This document shows positions 50,712-61,511 of a DNA stretch of 64,000 bases, one piece after another. The stretch lies in the NCBI GenBank assembly GCA_009777055.1, contig WRMQ01000001.1, positions 11,141 to 75,140 on the forward strand. The letters are read 5' to 3'. This DNA comes from Oscillospiraceae bacterium. GTDB lineage: Bacteria; Bacillota; Clostridia; Oscillospirales; Acutalibacteraceae. Below the pieces are notes generated by a model that ran no database searches, was not told the origin of the DNA, and saw nothing but the letters and a program-made list of their open reading frames with translations. A program made the translations under genes and the position numbers. How positions within the stretch are numbered: the stretch's first letter is position 1; each line of letters opens with the position of its first letter.

Positions 50712-52616
50712 ATGTCTATTTTAAGTATTCAGAATGTAACGATGGGCTTTGAGGACCGGGTGCTGTTTTCGGGCGTCAGCCTGATGATGCAGCCCGGCGA
50801 GCGCGTCGCCCTGGTGGGGCCCAACGGCTGCGGCAAGACCACCCTCATGCGCCTGATCATGGGCGAGCTGCAGCCGGAGGAGGGCGCGGTGGTGCTGGGC
50901 CGCGCTGTGAGATTAGGCTATTCCCAGCAAGAAAGCGGCAGCGACCGCGGCGCGGAGAATCGAACGGTCTATGAGGAGGCCCTGGCGGTATTCGAGCCCC
51001 TTCTGCGCATGGAGGCCGAGCTGGAGCGGCTCAATGACGCGCTGCGCCACGCGCACAGCGACGACCTGCTGCACCGGCAAAGCGAATTGCACGATGTCTT
51101 CGTCCGCGAGGGCGGCCTGACGTTCCGGGCGCGCGCCAGATCGACGCTGCTTGGGCTGGGCTTTGCCGAGGCGGAGCATACGATGTGGGCTTCCAGGCTC
51201 AGCGGCGGGCAGCAGGCAAAGCTGCGGCTGGGACGGCTGCTGCTTTCCGGCGCGGATTTGCTCCTGCTGGATGAGCCGACGAACCACCTGGATATCAAGG
51301 CCATTGTTTGGCTGGAGGGCTTTTTGGCGGATTATCCCGGCGCGGTGCTGCTGGTTTCCCATGACCGCTGGTTTTTGGATCAGACAGCCACCCGCACCGC
51401 GGAGCTCAGCCATGGCCGCATGACGGTCTGGAAGGGCGGCTACTCCGAGGCGCGGCGGCAAAAGGAGCTCCAGGCCGAGCAGGACCGCAGGCACTACGAG
51501 AACCAGATGGAGGAAATCCAGCGCATTGAGGGCATCATCGAGCAGCAGCGGCGCTTTGGGCAAAAGCGGAACTTTATCACCATCGCCAGCAAGCAAAAGC
51601 AGATTGACCGCCTCAGGGCCGATGTCGTCGTGCCGGAGGCCTGCCAGCGCGGGCTGCGCTTTCAATTTCCCGAGGTGCCCCCCACAGGGCAGGAGGTGCT
51701 GCGGCTGAAGGGCCTTTCGAAATCCTTTGGGGAAAAGCGGCTGTTTTCGAATGTGAGCACACTGATCGAAAAAGGCGACCGCGTGTTTCTGCTGGGGGCC
51801 AACGGCTGCGGAAAAACAACCCTCCTGCGCATCCTCCGCCGCCAGCTGCGGCCGGACGACGGCGCGGTGATTCCCGGCGCGAACGTTAAGCTGGGCAGCT
51901 ATGACCAGGATGTTGCGCTGCTTCGCAGCGGCAAAACGGTGCTGGACGAGATCTGGGATAATCACCGCGCGCTGAACCAGACCGAAGTGCGCAGTCTTCT
52001 GGGCGCGTTCCTGTTTTCCGGGGATGTCGTGTTCCAGCGGGCGGATACCCTCAGCGGCGGGGAGCGGGCGCGTCTCGCGCTGCTGAAGCTGATGATGTCG
52101 GGGGCCAACCTTCTGCTCCTGGACGAGCCGACAAACCACCTGGACGCGGCCTCCCGGGAGGCCCTGGAGACCGCCCTGGCACAATTCGGCGGCACGGTCA
52201 TCGCGGTATCTCATGACCGGTATTTCATCAAGAAGCTGGCCACAAAGATCTATCGGCTTCATCCGGGAGGGCTGGAGTTCTGCGGGAATTCCTATGAGGA
52301 ATACCAGGCCAGAGCGGCGGAAGAGACGAAGGCCGGGCTGAAGAAAGAACCCGACAGCCCGAACAAGCGGGATAGAATCAACAAGAAGGAGGCCGCCGCC
52401 GGCGAACGAAAGCGCCGTGCCGCGCTTTCCCGCTGCGAAGGGGAGATCGCGCGGCTGGAGGAGGAAAGCGAAGGCCTCCGGCTCCGGCTGGAGGACCCGG
52501 CCGCGGCGGCGGATTACGAGGCGCTGGTAGAATTGACCGCTCAGCTGGAGGCCGCGCAGACGGTCTTGGAGGAGCGGCTCGCGGAATGGGAAGAGCTTCA
52601 GGAGTGTATGGAATGA
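50712..52616 (+). CDS. ABC-F family ATPase (two ABC domains, C-terminal coiled coil)
   Basis: Two Walker A sites (GPNGCGKTT, GANGCGKTT), two signature motifs (LSGGQQ, LSGGER) and no TM segments. Confidence 0.85.
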   Translation: MSILSIQNVTMGFEDRVLFSGVSLMMQPGERVALVGPNGCGKTTLMRLIMGELQPEEGAVVLGRAVRLGYSQQESGSDRGAENRTVYEEALAVFEPLLRMEAELERLNDALRHAHSDDLLHRQSELHDVFVREGGLTFRARARSTLLGLGFAEAEHTMWASRLSGGQQAKLRLGRLLLSGADLLLLDEPTNHLDIKAIVWLEGFLADYPGAVLLVSHDRWFLDQTATRTAELSHGRMTVWKGGYSEARRQKELQAEQDRRHYENQMEEIQRIEGIIEQQRRFGQKRNFITIASKQKQIDRLRADVVVPEACQRGLRFQFPEVPPTGQEVLRLKGLSKSFGEKRLFSNVSTLIEKGDRVFLLGANGCGKTTLLRILRRQLRPDDGAVIPGANVKLGSYDQDVALLRSGKTVLDEIWDNHRALNQTEVRSLLGAFLFSGDVVFQRADTLSGGERARLALLKLMMSGANLLLLDEPTNHLDAASREALETALAQFGGTVIAVSHDRYFIKKLATKIYRLHPGGLEFCGNSYEEYQARAAEETKAGLKKEPDSPNKRDRINKKEAAAGERKRRAALSRCEGEIARLEEESEGLRLRLEDPAAAADYEALVELTAQLEAAQTVLEERLAEWEELQECME

Positions 52617-53467
52617 CCTTATTTATCTCTGATCTGGACGGCACATTGCTGAACAACCATGCGGCATTGTCGGAATATGCCGCCGCGTCACTGCGCAAAA
52701 TGCTAGGGGAGGGGCTGTGCTTCACCATCGCCACGGCGCGCACAAACGACTCCGCCTCGCGTATTTTGAGCGTTTTGCCGCCGCTGCCGCTGCCCATGGT
52801 GCTGATGAACGGCGCGGTGATTCTCTCTGCCGCGGAACAGCGGATCGTAAAAAAAGAACGGATTCCGCCCGATACCGTGCGCGCGCTGCTGGAGCGGGTG
52901 CGGGCGCATAACCAGCAGGGCTTTCTCTACAGTCTGCCGGAGCGGGAAATCCGGGTGTATCATGAGCCGCTGACCCGTCCCAGCCTGCGGACGTTTTATG
53001 ATTACCGGGCGCGGGTTTACGGCAAACGCTTTCTTGAAACCCAGAACATGGCGGAACACGCGGCGGAGGACATCGTTTATTTCACGACACAGGATCAAAT
53101 TGATAACCTGGTGAAGCTCCACGCGGAGCTGAAGGCGATTCCGGGGCTGGACTGCGTGCTTTATCCGGATACCTATATGGAGAACACCTGCTACCTGGAG
53201 TGCTTCAGTGTGTTGGCGTCAAAGAAAAACGCCCTGCGCTGGCTGCGGGAGAGCTATGGCTTCCGCCGTATCGTGGGCTTTGGCGACAATCTCAATGACC
53301 TGACGATGCTCCAGGCCTGCGACGAGGGCTACGCCGTGGCCAACGCCCGGGAGGAAATCAAAGCCGTGGCGACGGGGATCATCGGCTCTAATCAGGAAGA
53401 GGGCGTGATCAAATTTTTGGAGAAAGCGTGGTATGAAGATGGATACCGAAAGGAACGCGTTAAATGA
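52613..53467 (+). CDS. Cof-type HAD-IIB hydrolase
   Basis: MTLFISDLDGTLL...GFGDNLNDLTM. ATGA overlap with the ABC-F stop. Confidence 0.8.
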   Translation: MTLFISDLDGTLLNNHAALSEYAAASLRKMLGEGLCFTIATARTNDSASRILSVLPPLPLPMVLMNGAVILSAAEQRIVKKERIPPDTVRALLERVRAHNQQGFLYSLPEREIRVYHEPLTRPSLRTFYDYRARVYGKRFLETQNMAEHAAEDIVYFTTQDQIDNLVKLHAELKAIPGLDCVLYPDTYMENTCYLECFSVLASKKNALRWLRESYGFRRIVGFGDNLNDLTMLQACDEGYAVANAREEIKAVATGIIGSNQEEGVIKFLEKAWYEDGYRKERVK

Positions 53468-54347
53468 TAAAATAAAAGAAAATATATTTTATAATATAGA
53501 TTATAAAATATACGAGAAAGCCGCGGCTTTTGTGAGAGAACGTGTGGCCTGGCTCGGCCAGACGCACGAAGCGGACGCCGCGCCACAGGTCCTTGGATTA
53601 ATATTGGGCTCCGGCCTGGGCGAGCTGGGCGAGCGCATGGAGGATGTGACGCGCATTCCCTACGGCGAGATTCCGGGCTTCGCGGCTTCCGGCGCGCCGG
53701 GACACAAGGGCTGCCTGCTGGCGGGGACTTTGGCGGGCCGGTACGTGCTGTGCATGCAGGGCCGGCTGCACCGCTATGAGGGCCACGACTTCGCGCGGGT
53801 CACTTTCCCCATCCGCGTGCTGCGCCTGCTGGGCGTGGAGACCCTGATCGTGACCAACGCCGCGGGCGGCATCGACCTGGAGTATCAAATAGGCGACATC
53901 ATGCTGATCTCGGATCACATCAACCTCATGGGCGGAAACCCCCTGATCGGACTGCATGAGCCGCGCTTCGGCGAGCGCTTTTTCGATATGGGCACAGCCT
54001 ATACCCCGGCTCTGCGCGCCGCCGCGAGGGAGGCCGCCGCACGGCTGGGCCTTTCGCCCTCGCTGCGGGAGGGCGTCTATATCGCCGTGACCGGGCCAAG
54101 CTACGAAACCCCCGCCGAAATCCGCGCGTTCCGTGTGCTGGGCGCTAGCGCCGTAGGCATGTCCACCGTGCCGGAGGTCATCGCCGCGCGCCATTGCGGT
54201 ATGCGGGTGCTGGGCATTTCGCTCATCACCAACCTGGCCGCCGGCGTCAGCAACGCCGTGCTTTGCGGCGAGGAGGTCATCGAAATCGGAAAACAGTGCG
54301 CGAAGAAGATGGAAGCGCTGGTGACGGAGGTCGTACGGGAGCTATGA
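53433..54347 (+). CDS. Purine nucleoside phosphorylase (PNP family 2)
   Basis: GLILGSGLGELG...GHKGCLLAGTLAG..MQGRLHRYEG...GPSYETPAE..MSTVPE. Exact start is uncertain. Confidence 0.85.
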   Translation: MKMDTERNALNDKIKENIFYNIDYKIYEKAAAFVRERVAWLGQTHEADAAPQVLGLILGSGLGELGERMEDVTRIPYGEIPGFAASGAPGHKGCLLAGTLAGRYVLCMQGRLHRYEGHDFARVTFPIRVLRLLGVETLIVTNAAGGIDLEYQIGDIMLISDHINLMGGNPLIGLHEPRFGERFFDMGTAYTPALRAAAREAAARLGLSPSLREGVYIAVTGPSYETPAEIRAFRVLGASAVGMSTVPEVIAARHCGMRVLGISLITNLAAGVSNAVLCGEEVIEIGKQCAKKMEALVTEVVREL

Positions 54348-55324
54348 TACCATACGCGGTGATTGGCACGGGCTGGATTTCAGGCTCGTTTATCCGGGCC
54401 GCGCGGGACACGGAGCTTGCGCTGGCCGGCATATGCTCCCGCACCCGGGCGCGGGGCATGGCCTTCGCGCGGGAGCAGGCGCTGGACGAGCTGCCGGTTT
54501 ATCAGAGCGTTGAGGCGCTTGCGCGGGACAGCGCGATAAAGGCCTGCTATGTGGCGAGCCCGAACCGATTTCACGCGGCGCAGTGCGAGATTCTCCTGGA
54601 GGCCGGAAAGCATGTGCTCTGCGAGAAGCCTGTCACGGTCACGCCCGGGGAGCTGGAGCGGCTGCAAAAGCTGGCCGCGCGCCGGGGCCTCATCTTTCAG
54701 GAGGCGATCATGTACCTGCACACGCCGGAGCGCCGCGCCGTGCGGGAGCTTCTGCCGCGCCTGGGCGGCATGCAGGGAGCTATGCTGGATTTCTCGCAGC
54801 GCTCGTCGAAATACGACAGCCTGCTGGCCGGGGAGCTGCCGAACGTCTTCAACCCCGCCATGGCGGCCGGAGCATGGATGGATCTGGGTATCTACTGCCT
54901 CTATCCCGCCCTGGATTTCTTCGGCGAGCCGGAGCGGGCCTTCGCCCACGCGCGGTTTTTAAAATCCGGGGCGGATGGCGCGGGCGCGGCGGTTTTTCAG
55001 TACCGTGATTTTCCCGTGACGCTGAGCTGGTGCAAAACCGGGCAGAGCCGCGGCGTTTCCCAGATTATCGGCGACGAGGGAACGCTTACGCTTGCTTCTA
55101 TATCGCAGTTTCAGGGTGTCGCGCATTATAACAACGAAGGCTATGGCAGCTTTATTGATGTGCCGCGAAAGAAGCATGAGGTGATGCAATGGGAGGCGCG
55201 GGCCTTCTGCGACTATATCCTGGGGAGGCCCTCCATGGTCCCCTATGAGGAGGCCTCGGCTCTCGCGCTGCGGGTTTCGAAATGGATGGAGCAAATACGC
55301 GCGCTGGCGGGCATATCTTTATAA
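54344..55324 (+). CDS. Gfo/Idh/MocA family oxidoreductase
   Basis: MIPYAVIGTGWISGSF Rossmann N-terminus and EKP motif (VLCEKPVTV). ATGA overlap with the upstream stop. Confidence 0.75.
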   Translation: MIPYAVIGTGWISGSFIRAARDTELALAGICSRTRARGMAFAREQALDELPVYQSVEALARDSAIKACYVASPNRFHAAQCEILLEAGKHVLCEKPVTVTPGELERLQKLAARRGLIFQEAIMYLHTPERRAVRELLPRLGGMQGAMLDFSQRSSKYDSLLAGELPNVFNPAMAAGAWMDLGIYCLYPALDFFGEPERAFAHARFLKSGADGAGAAVFQYRDFPVTLSWCKTGQSRGVSQIIGDEGTLTLASISQFQGVAHYNNEGYGSFIDVPRKKHEVMQWEARAFCDYILGRPSMVPYEEASALALRVSKWMEQIRALAGISL

Positions 55325-55386
55325 TTTCAAATCATTTTAAAATAATTCTGATTAAAATAATTCTTAAATGGCAGGAGTGCGAAGCA

Positions 55387-56352
55387 ATGAAAATCGTCAT
55401 TTTAGATGGCCACACAACGAACCCGGGCGATCTTTCCTGGGAGGGCCTTGCCGCGCTGGGCCAGCTGACGGTGTATGAGCACACTCTGGCGGAGCAAACC
55501 GTGGAACGGGCGCGGGAGGCGGAGATTGTTCTCAGCAACAAGACCCTGCTGGGGGCGCAGCTGCTCGCGCGGCTGCCCAGGCTCAAGTATATCGGGCTGT
55601 TATCCACCGGCGTCAACGTTGTGGACCTGGAAGCGGCCCGCGCCCGGAATATCCCGGTGACGAATATTCCCGCCTATTCCACGTCAAGCGTGGCGCAGCT
55701 GGTGTTCGCGCTGCTGCTGGAGCTGTGCCTGCACGTGACAGACCACAGCCGTGCGGTGCGCGGCGGCGACTGGGCGCGCTCCCGGGACTTTTGCTTTTGG
55801 AGCTATCCCTTAACGGAGCTCGCCGGCAAGACGATGGGGATCGTGGGCTATGGCCGAATCGGGCGGGAGGTGGCGAAAATCGCGCGGGCCTTCGGTATGA
55901 AAATCCTGGCCTGCGGGCGTCCGGCGCGCGGCGCGGCAAGCAACAAAGAAGGGGAGGAAGGCGGGCTTGTTTCGTTTGAGGAGGTGCTGCGCGGCGCTGA
56001 CGCGATAACGCTTCACTGTCCATTGACCGCAGAGACCACCGCGCTGATAAACAAAAGCACTCTCGCGATGATGAAGCCCGGCGCGCTGCTGATCAACACT
56101 TCCCGGGGTGCTGTGCTGCATGAGCGGGATGTCGCGGACGCGCTGGTATCCGGGCAGCTGGGGGGCGCGGGGCTCGATGTGCTTTCTACGGAGCCGCCGT
56201 CCCCGGATAACCCGCTGCTCAGCGCGCCCAATTGCCTGATTACGCCCCACATCGCCTGGGCTACCGTGGAGGCGCGCGCCCGGCTGATTGAGGTCGCGGC
56301 GGAAAATGTCAGGGCTTTTTTGCGCGGTCAGCCATTTAACGTAGTAAACTAA
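55387..56352 (+). CDS. D-2-hydroxyacid dehydrogenase (glycerate dehydrogenase-like)
   Basis: GIVGYGRIGREVA NAD site, INTSRG, and TPHIAWAT catalytic His region. Confidence 0.8.
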   Translation: MKIVILDGHTTNPGDLSWEGLAALGQLTVYEHTLAEQTVERAREAEIVLSNKTLLGAQLLARLPRLKYIGLLSTGVNVVDLEAARARNIPVTNIPAYSTSSVAQLVFALLLELCLHVTDHSRAVRGGDWARSRDFCFWSYPLTELAGKTMGIVGYGRIGREVAKIARAFGMKILACGRPARGAASNKEGEEGGLVSFEEVLRGADAITLHCPLTAETTALINKSTLAMMKPGALLINTSRGAVLHERDVADALVSGQLGGAGLDVLSTEPPSPDNPLLSAPNCLITPHIAWATVEARARLIEVAAENVRAFLRGQPFNVVN

Positions 56353-56425
56353 TTTTTACAATCCCGCGAATGTGACATTATTTACCGCTGATCTTCGCTA
56401 TAATCTCCATGAAGGAGATGAGAGC

Positions 56426-58978
56426 ATGACGGCGCAAAAAAGACAGGACAAGCAGGTTTTGCCACCGGCCAAGGCTCCGGCAAAACAGCAAAGCAATTCG
56501 GCGGAAAAAAACAGGCTATCCAAAATGAGGTCAGTTGTTTCGGGCAGGCACGCGGTACTGGTTCGTTTGCTCGCGCAGCAAAGCGCGGCGGTTATGGCAG
56601 GCTTTCTGTTGGCGCGCTCCAGCTCCATAGGCGGGCTGATGCTGGCCAGCGCCCCCTTCGCGATTGCCCTGGCGGCGGCGGGGCCGATCCGCTTTCTGGG
56701 CTCCCAGGTGCTGGGCAGCGCGATCGGCTGCCTTTTGCTTTTGCCCTATCCGCAAGGGGTCGCGGCTATGGCGGCGGTGGCGCTTGCGGGCTTGGGGAAT
56801 CTGGCCCTTCAACGGCTGGGGCTTCGGCGGGCGGCGCCGTTTTGTGCCTTTATATGCGCGCTGGCATCGGGCTTTCCCGGCCTGGCGGAGGACGCCCTCC
56901 TGGCCCGGAGCTTCCCGGTGCCGCCTTGGCTTTTCGTGCTTTGCGGCGGCATCCTTTCCGGGTGCTGCGCCTATTTTATCTATGCTGTCTGTGGCATCCG
57001 CGCTCTGCCCGCGGGCGCCGCGCCTCGCCGCGGATGGAAGATCAACCGGCAGCAGTGCGCGGCGATGCTGATCTGCGCGGCCATATTTTTGACGACGCTG
57101 GGCGGTATTTCCATCGGCCCCTTTGCCCCGGCGCGCGTGATCGGGGCACTGATTGTGCTGGCGGCGGCTTATTGCTGGCAGGAAAGCGGCGGCGCGGCGG
57201 CGGGAGCCTGCGTGGGCGCGGCGATGGCTCTGGCCGGCGGAGATCTCGCGCAGGCGGGCGTGTTTGCCTTTGGCGGGCTGCTGGCCGGCGTATTCAGCCA
57301 GCGGCGCGGGGAAGCGCCGGAAAGGCAGCGCGCCAACGCGTCCTGGCACAAATCGAAGGATCTGTTTTTGCCGTTTCTGACCTTCTCCGTGGCAGGGGGC
57401 TTCGCCCTGGTTTGCGTTCTTTTCGCGGTGCTGCGCTCCGCGGCGGAGGAGGACGCCATAGCGGCTGTTGTGTTTACGCTGGAATGCACCACGGCAATTT
57501 TACTCTTTATCGCGGTGCCGAGCCGTGTGTGGGATCTGCTGCGGCAGCGCTTTGTCTTTTCATACGCGGCGCTGGTGCCCCCCGCGGGGCTGGAGGCGGG
57601 GCTCCGGCTGACAGAAACCTCTGACGCGGTGCGGCGGATTTCCGCCTATGTGGAGGAGGTGGCGAGGGGCCTGGAGCAGCTTTGCGCGCCGTTGGAGCAC
57701 GGCGTATGCGCCCGGACAGAAGCGGCGGTATGCGCGGATTGCCCCGAACACAGCTATTGCTGGCGGGAGAAGGCGGCCCAGACCGCCGACTTCTTTTCCG
57801 AGCTTCTGCGCCGCCTGCGGGAGACGAATGCCATGAGCGTCGCGGAAACGAGGAAAATCAGGGAGCAGTGCGGCTTTGGCCAAAGCTGCCGCCGTGTGGA
57901 CGCCCTCTGCGAATCCCTGGAGCGCGCGTATTTCAGCTATACCGCCCGGGCGGACTGCCATCAAAAGGCGGCGCAGCTGCGGCAATCCGCGGCGGAGCAA
58001 TTTAACGCGCTGGCGGATCTGCTGGACGATCTGTGTGATCAGTTGACGCAAAGCGAAAGCTGCGAATCGGAGACCGCCGAGGCCGCCGCGCGGGCTCTGG
58101 AGGAGTTCGGCCACCGGGTGAACGCCGTGAGCTGCGTCCGCGACGCTTCGGGAATCGCGGTGCTCACGGCGCGGCTGTTGCCCGCGGAGGAGTATATCCG
58201 CCGGGAAACCCTGACCAGCGCTGTACGGCGCGCCACCGGCCTGCGCTTTGATCTGCCGTCCTCCAGCGCCCTGGAAAAGGAGGGCGGCGAGATAATCCTG
58301 CACTTTAAACAGCAGCCGCAGTATCATATTACCCTGGGCGCGGTGCAGATGAGCTCCAGCTCTTCGGTTTACTGCGGCGATTATTTCGACTGCTTCAGCG
58401 ATGGGCGGGGCCATGAAATGATGATTCTCAGCGACGGCATGGGAACCGGCGGCCGCGCGGCGGTGGATTCCGCCCTGGCCACGGAGATTTTCAGCGCCCT
58501 TACCCGCAGCGGCCTCCGCTTTGCCTGCGCGATGCGGATCGTCAACGCCGCTTTGCTGGTGAAAAGCTGCGATGAAACCCTGGCGACTTTAGACGCCGCC
58601 GGCATTGATCTTTACACCGGCGAGGTGGAGTTCTGCAAGGCGGGCGGGGCGGCGTCTTTCCTGCGCCGCGGCGGCAGGGCGACGCAGATGGAGCTCAGCG
58701 CGCTCCCGGCGGGGATTTTGCGGCAGATCCGGCCGGCCGAGGAGGTGGCCCGCCTGGACGCGGAGGATATTGTGGTGCTGGTGTCTGACGGAATGCTCAG
58801 CGACGAGGACAGCTGGCTCTGCGGGGAGCTGGAGCTGTGGACGGACGGGGCGGGGGATATGCAGGCCTTGGCGGAGCACCTCGCCGCCACGGCGGTGCAG
58901 CGCAGGGCGGAGCGGCAGGACGGCAACGAAAGGGAGGACGACCTGACGGTGATCTGCGCGCAGCTGCACGCGTTATAA
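56426..58978 (+). CDS. spoIIE: Stage II sporulation protein E (membrane PP2C phosphatase)
   Basis: Multi-TM N-terminal half. C-terminal PP2C domain: GDYFDCF...MMILSDGMGTGGRAA...VLVSDGM. Confidence 0.85.
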   Translation: MTAQKRQDKQVLPPAKAPAKQQSNSAEKNRLSKMRSVVSGRHAVLVRLLAQQSAAVMAGFLLARSSSIGGLMLASAPFAIALAAAGPIRFLGSQVLGSAIGCLLLLPYPQGVAAMAAVALAGLGNLALQRLGLRRAAPFCAFICALASGFPGLAEDALLARSFPVPPWLFVLCGGILSGCCAYFIYAVCGIRALPAGAAPRRGWKINRQQCAAMLICAAIFLTTLGGISIGPFAPARVIGALIVLAAAYCWQESGGAAAGACVGAAMALAGGDLAQAGVFAFGGLLAGVFSQRRGEAPERQRANASWHKSKDLFLPFLTFSVAGGFALVCVLFAVLRSAAEEDAIAAVVFTLECTTAILLFIAVPSRVWDLLRQRFVFSYAALVPPAGLEAGLRLTETSDAVRRISAYVEEVARGLEQLCAPLEHGVCARTEAAVCADCPEHSYCWREKAAQTADFFSELLRRLRETNAMSVAETRKIREQCGFGQSCRRVDALCESLERAYFSYTARADCHQKAAQLRQSAAEQFNALADLLDDLCDQLTQSESCESETAEAAARALEEFGHRVNAVSCVRDASGIAVLTARLLPAEEYIRRETLTSAVRRATGLRFDLPSSSALEKEGGEIILHFKQQPQYHITLGAVQMSSSSSVYCGDYFDCFSDGRGHEMMILSDGMGTGGRAAVDSALATEIFSALTRSGLRFACAMRIVNAALLVKSCDETLATLDAAGIDLYTGEVEFCKAGGAASFLRRGGRATQMELSALPAGILRQIRPAEEVARLDAEDIVVLVSDGMLSDEDSWLCGELELWTDGAGDMQALAEHLAATAVQRRAERQDGNEREDDLTVICAQLHAL

Positions 58979-59082
58979 TGTTACCTTACGCAAAAAAACG
59001 AGTTCAAAATCAGCGGCCCAAGGCTAAATGCTTTGAGCCGCTTTCGTCATCGGCGAAGATGGGGCAAAAATAAAGGAGAGTT

Positions 59083-59111
59083 TTGACAAATAGATAGCAA
59101 TACGATATAAT
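59083..59111 (+). promoter_or_regulatory. Sigma-70-type promoter
   Basis: TTGACA, a 17-nt spacer and TATAAT, about 85 nt upstream of ATG 59197. Confidence 0.6.
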
Positions 59112-59196
59112 AGAAGCAATGAAAAAGCAAACTACACTGTCCTGCTGGCTGGGACGTATTACAGCCAGCTGCAAACAAAATACGCAGGAGGTTCCC

Positions 59197-61410
59197 ATGA
59201 TGAAACACGCACAACGCGGCGCGGCAGCGGCCCTGAGCATTTTGCTGCTTTTCGGCGGCTTTCCTGTTACCGGCTCGGCGGCGCTTTACGCGCCCCTGCC
59301 CCAGGAACCCCGTATCGTCACCACCCTTTATCCGACGGACGACGTGGTGGTAGCGGACATCGTGCTGACTGAAGCGCCCTACGCAGCCGTTAATGACGGC
59401 CTGGCCGACTGCACGCAAATCATGCAGCAGGCCCTCGATGACTGCTATGCCGCCGGGGGCGGCACGGTCTTTTTGCCCGCCGGCAAATACCTCGTGCGCG
59501 GCCCGATTAAAATCCCCGCCTTCGTGACTCTGCGGGGCGACTGGCAGGATCCGGATACGGGCAATGCCTACGGCACAATCATCCTCGCCGACGTGCCCAG
59601 TGTCGACGCGCCCACGCCCGCCCTCTTTACCGTGGGCGGCAGCTCGGGCGCGATGGGCCTGACCGTGTACTACTCCAACCAAAGCCTCGCGGACCCGAAG
59701 CCTTATCCCTTCACCTTCTATGTGGAGGGCACGTATTACGAGGATTTGATGCTGCAATCCATCGTGAACTGCACCGTGATCAACGGCTACCGGGGGCTGG
59801 GGGTCTGCGTGGGGGTCGGCGGGCACGAGATGATGACGGCGGAGAACTTCAAGGGAACCTTCCTTCACATTGGCGCGGAGGCCTACAGCCAGTCCGACGT
59901 GGGCACCTGGAAGAACGTCAGTATTTCCAATAAATACTGGGCCGAAGCGGGCGCGGGCCTTGCTCCCGCGGACCGCGCTATGTTGGACAGCTACACGAAA
60001 AGCCATGCCACAGGGCTGATCCTGGGCGATCTGGAGTGGACGGAATTTGCCAACCTCTCCGTCTCCGGCTGTAAGACCGGCGTACGCATTGTCAAGGGCA
60101 GCCGCATCAACTTCGCTGGCTCCATGTACGGCGTCAATATCGCGGACTGCGTCACCGGCCTGCTGGTGGAGGACATCGACGACCGTTGGGGCATGGCTGT
60201 CGCCTCCGGCTCTATCGCGGGCAGCAGGGCCGCCATCGAGAACAACTCCGGCGGCTATGTCAAGCTCACGGACGTAAAGCTGGACGGCAAAATCCAGGGC
60301 TGCGGCAAGGTAGTGCAATATAAGGCCGACCTTTCCGGCCTGAACGTGGATTATAAGCGCGCCCCCATAAATTGCGCCGCGCGGCTCTTCGTGGTGCGGG
60401 CGGATAACAACCGCGAAAGCGACATTGGCGCGGCGCTGCAGGAGGCGCTGGATGAGGCCGGGAGACAGGGCGGGGGAGTGGTTTACTTGCCCGCGGGGCG
60501 CTACCTGCTGAACAGGCCCGTCACCGTTCCGGCGGGAGTGGAGCTGCGCGGCAGCGGAAGCGTCGCTGCCCGGGAGCAGTTTCTTACCTCCCGGGGGACG
60601 CTGATTTACGCCGACTGGGGCGAGGCCGCCTCCGATGAAGCCGCAAACACCGGGCAGGCCCTCATCACCCTTGCGGGCGAAAACGCCGGGCTGCGGGGCA
60701 TTCGCTTCGTGTACCCCAACAACATCTTCATCAATGGGGTAAAGCCCTATAACTACACCGTTCGCGGCGCGGCAAGGGGCGTTTACGCCATTAACACCTG
60801 TTATGTGGCCAGCTACAACGGCGTGGATTTCCGTGGCTGCGACGATCATTTCATCAAAAAGCTGGTGGGTGTATGCTACAGCAACACCATGGCGCTGGGC
60901 GGCAAAAACGGCATGGTGGAGGGTTGTTTGCAAAACGCTAACATCGCTTTCCGCAACGATTTCCAGATCGAGGGCTGGCCCGTTGGCGAAGGGGAATTTT
61001 TATTTCCCACGCTGATCAACCCCATCACGCGCCAGATGTCAAAGATCATCCTGGCCGAGGGCGCGAAAGATCAGATGGTGCTGAACACCTTCGCCTACGG
61101 CGCGAAGCATTTCCTCATCAGCGAAGGCAGTGAAAACCTGTGCCTGGTCAACATCGGTGCGGACAACCTCCTGGAGGATTCCTCCATGCTGCGTGTTGCG
61201 GGCGGCAGCGTCACAGCCGTGAACATGATGCGCTACAACGGCTGTTCCTACAAAAACAGCGGTACGGATCTGACGCTCCATAACCGCATGACTGTCGATC
61301 TGAAATACGAACCAACGCTGGACAGCGGCTTTTGGGCGCGATTCATGAACTGGCTGGCGTCAATTTTGAATCCTATCGCGTCCTTTCTGAAGCGCATCAA
61401 TCCGTTTTGA
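59197..61410 (+). CDS. Secreted tandem beta-helix protein (pectate-lyase-3/GH55-like)
   Basis: Signal peptide. Two copies of the motif D.T.A(L/I)Q.ALD.....GGG.V(F/Y)LPAG.YL...P(I/V).(I/V)P..V.LRG. Confidence 0.6.
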   Translation: MMKHAQRGAAAALSILLLFGGFPVTGSAALYAPLPQEPRIVTTLYPTDDVVVADIVLTEAPYAAVNDGLADCTQIMQQALDDCYAAGGGTVFLPAGKYLVRGPIKIPAFVTLRGDWQDPDTGNAYGTIILADVPSVDAPTPALFTVGGSSGAMGLTVYYSNQSLADPKPYPFTFYVEGTYYEDLMLQSIVNCTVINGYRGLGVCVGVGGHEMMTAENFKGTFLHIGAEAYSQSDVGTWKNVSISNKYWAEAGAGLAPADRAMLDSYTKSHATGLILGDLEWTEFANLSVSGCKTGVRIVKGSRINFAGSMYGVNIADCVTGLLVEDIDDRWGMAVASGSIAGSRAAIENNSGGYVKLTDVKLDGKIQGCGKVVQYKADLSGLNVDYKRAPINCAARLFVVRADNNRESDIGAALQEALDEAGRQGGGVVYLPAGRYLLNRPVTVPAGVELRGSGSVAAREQFLTSRGTLIYADWGEAASDEAANTGQALITLAGENAGLRGIRFVYPNNIFINGVKPYNYTVRGAARGVYAINTCYVASYNGVDFRGCDDHFIKKLVGVCYSNTMALGGKNGMVEGCLQNANIAFRNDFQIEGWPVGEGEFLFPTLINPITRQMSKIILAEGAKDQMVLNTFAYGAKHFLISEGSENLCLVNIGADNLLEDSSMLRVAGGSVTAVNMMRYNGCSYKNSGTDLTLHNRMTVDLKYEPTLDSGFWARFMNWLASILNPIASFLKRINPF

Positions 61411-61436
61411 GCGGCATCAGACCTGCAAATTCACGC

Positions 61437-61465
61437 TTGCAATTTCGAGGCGAGCATAGTATAAT
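61437..61465 (+). promoter_or_regulatory. Sigma-70-type promoter
   Basis: TTGCAA, a 17-nt spacer and TATAAT upstream of the 61512 gene. Confidence 0.55.
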
Positions 61466-61511
61466 ATTTTCAGCGATATCATATCAATAAAACACGTTCA
61501 GGGAGGTTCGT